Source: Actinomycetota bacterium
GTDB taxonomy: Bacteria > Actinomycetota > CADDZG01 > WHSQ01
Length of the DNA: 36,085 bases
Direction of reading: 5' to 3'
Assembly (NCBI GenBank): GCA_036554505.1
Contig: DATBND010000305.1
Span: 1-36,085, forward strand
Part shown: positions 35,558 through 36,085 of the stretch, piece after piece
Layout: each line of letters begins with the position of its first letter
Numbering within the stretch: position 1 is the stretch's first letter
Position numbers and translations under genes: made by a program
The notes under the pieces: generated by a model
The model's database searches: none
What the model was told of the DNA's origin: nothing
Seen by the model: only the letters and a program-made list of their open reading frames with translations

Positions 35558-36085
35558 CGCTGTTTGCTGCCTTATGCGCGCCGTCAACTCTCGCACTTGC
35601 TCGTAACAACTCTGGCGTTCTTGCATCAGATGACGGATCTTGTTCGTGGCGTGCACGACCGTGGAGTGGTCGCGGCCACCGAACTTCTCTCCGATCTTCG
35701 GGAGCGACAGGTCGGTGAGCTCACGGCACAAGTACATCGCGGTCTGGCGCGCGGTCACGAGGTCGCGTGACCTGCTCGATGACCTGATCTCGTCGGGCGT
35801 GACGTCGAAGTACTCCGCGGCGACGGACATGATGACGTCGGCGGTGACCCGCGCCTCGCTCGCGTTGGGTAGAAGGGATTGCAGGACGTCCTGGGCCAGC
35901 TCGGGCGTGACGTCGGACCGCGTGAGCGAGGCGTACGCGGCAACTCTGATGAGGGCCCCCTCGAGCTCCCGGATATTGGTCTGGATCCGGCTGGCGATGA
36001 AGCCCATGACCTCCGACGGCATCGTGAGCCGGTCGGCCTCGGCGTTCTTTTGAAGGATTGCGAGACGCGTCTCGAGGGCGGGGGG
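35549..36085 (-). CDS. dnaA: Chromosomal replication initiator DnaA (C-terminal part; gene continues beyond the right edge)
   Basis: The frame is open to the window edge. End of AAA+ domain III: NIRELEGALIRVAAYASL. Domain IV HTH: IRSSSRSRDLVTARQTAMYLCRELTDLSLPKIGEKFGGRDHSTVVHATNKI. Confidence 0.97.
   Translation of the reverse strand, partial: PPALETRLAILQKNAEADRLTMPSEVMGFIASRIQTNIRELEGALIRVAAYASLTRSDVTPELAQDVLQSLLPNASEARVTADVIMSVAAEYFDVTPDEIRSSSRSRDLVTARQTAMYLCRELTDLSLPKIGEKFGGRDHSTVVHATNKIRHLMQERQSCYEQVRELTARIRQQTARG

Overview
High-GC actinobacterial (Actinomycetota-type) chromosome segment ending at the replication origin. All family calls come from reading motifs by eye, not from database searches. 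Right end, all on the minus strand: dnaA (3' part), a 270-bp dnaA-dnaN spacer with oriC features (DnaA boxes, GC cluster, trio-like repeats, AT-rich element), then dnaN, recF, DUF721/dciA, gyrB, gyrA and DUF3566. Left end: crgA with a divergent sortase-like gene start. Between these conserved anchors, tRNA-Ile and tRNA-Ala are separated by blocks of housekeeping and accessory genes: an OpuC-type osmoprotectant ABC transporter, trxA, a thiolase, a membrane PAS-SpoIIE-HATPase fusion, a Nudix-MBL fusion beside an SCP2 gene, an RlpA-like protein, an LVIVD beta-propeller, an AlkZ/YcaQ-type glycosylase, an FAD oxidoreductase plus DUF4188 pair, a run of uncharacterised membrane, lipoprotein and PH-like genes, and a large Sec-targeted RTX-repeat protein. 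No CRISPR array, rRNA, transposase, integrase or recognisable defence enzyme was seen. The observations most worth follow-up are: (1) three DnaA-box-like 9-mers packed into 32 bp about 35 kb from oriC, on the start of the gene next to crgA; (2) a lower-GC islet with an antitoxin-like ORF and a frameshifted RelE/ParE-like toxin; (3) a frameshifted GNAT gene with the same one-base-deletion signature, which may mean assembly error; (4) an inverted tRNA-Ile whose 3' end lies 3 nt from the next ORF; (5) the compact oriC architecture. I cannot demonstrate a coherent novel multi-gene system. The best candidate regions are flagged with modest scores.
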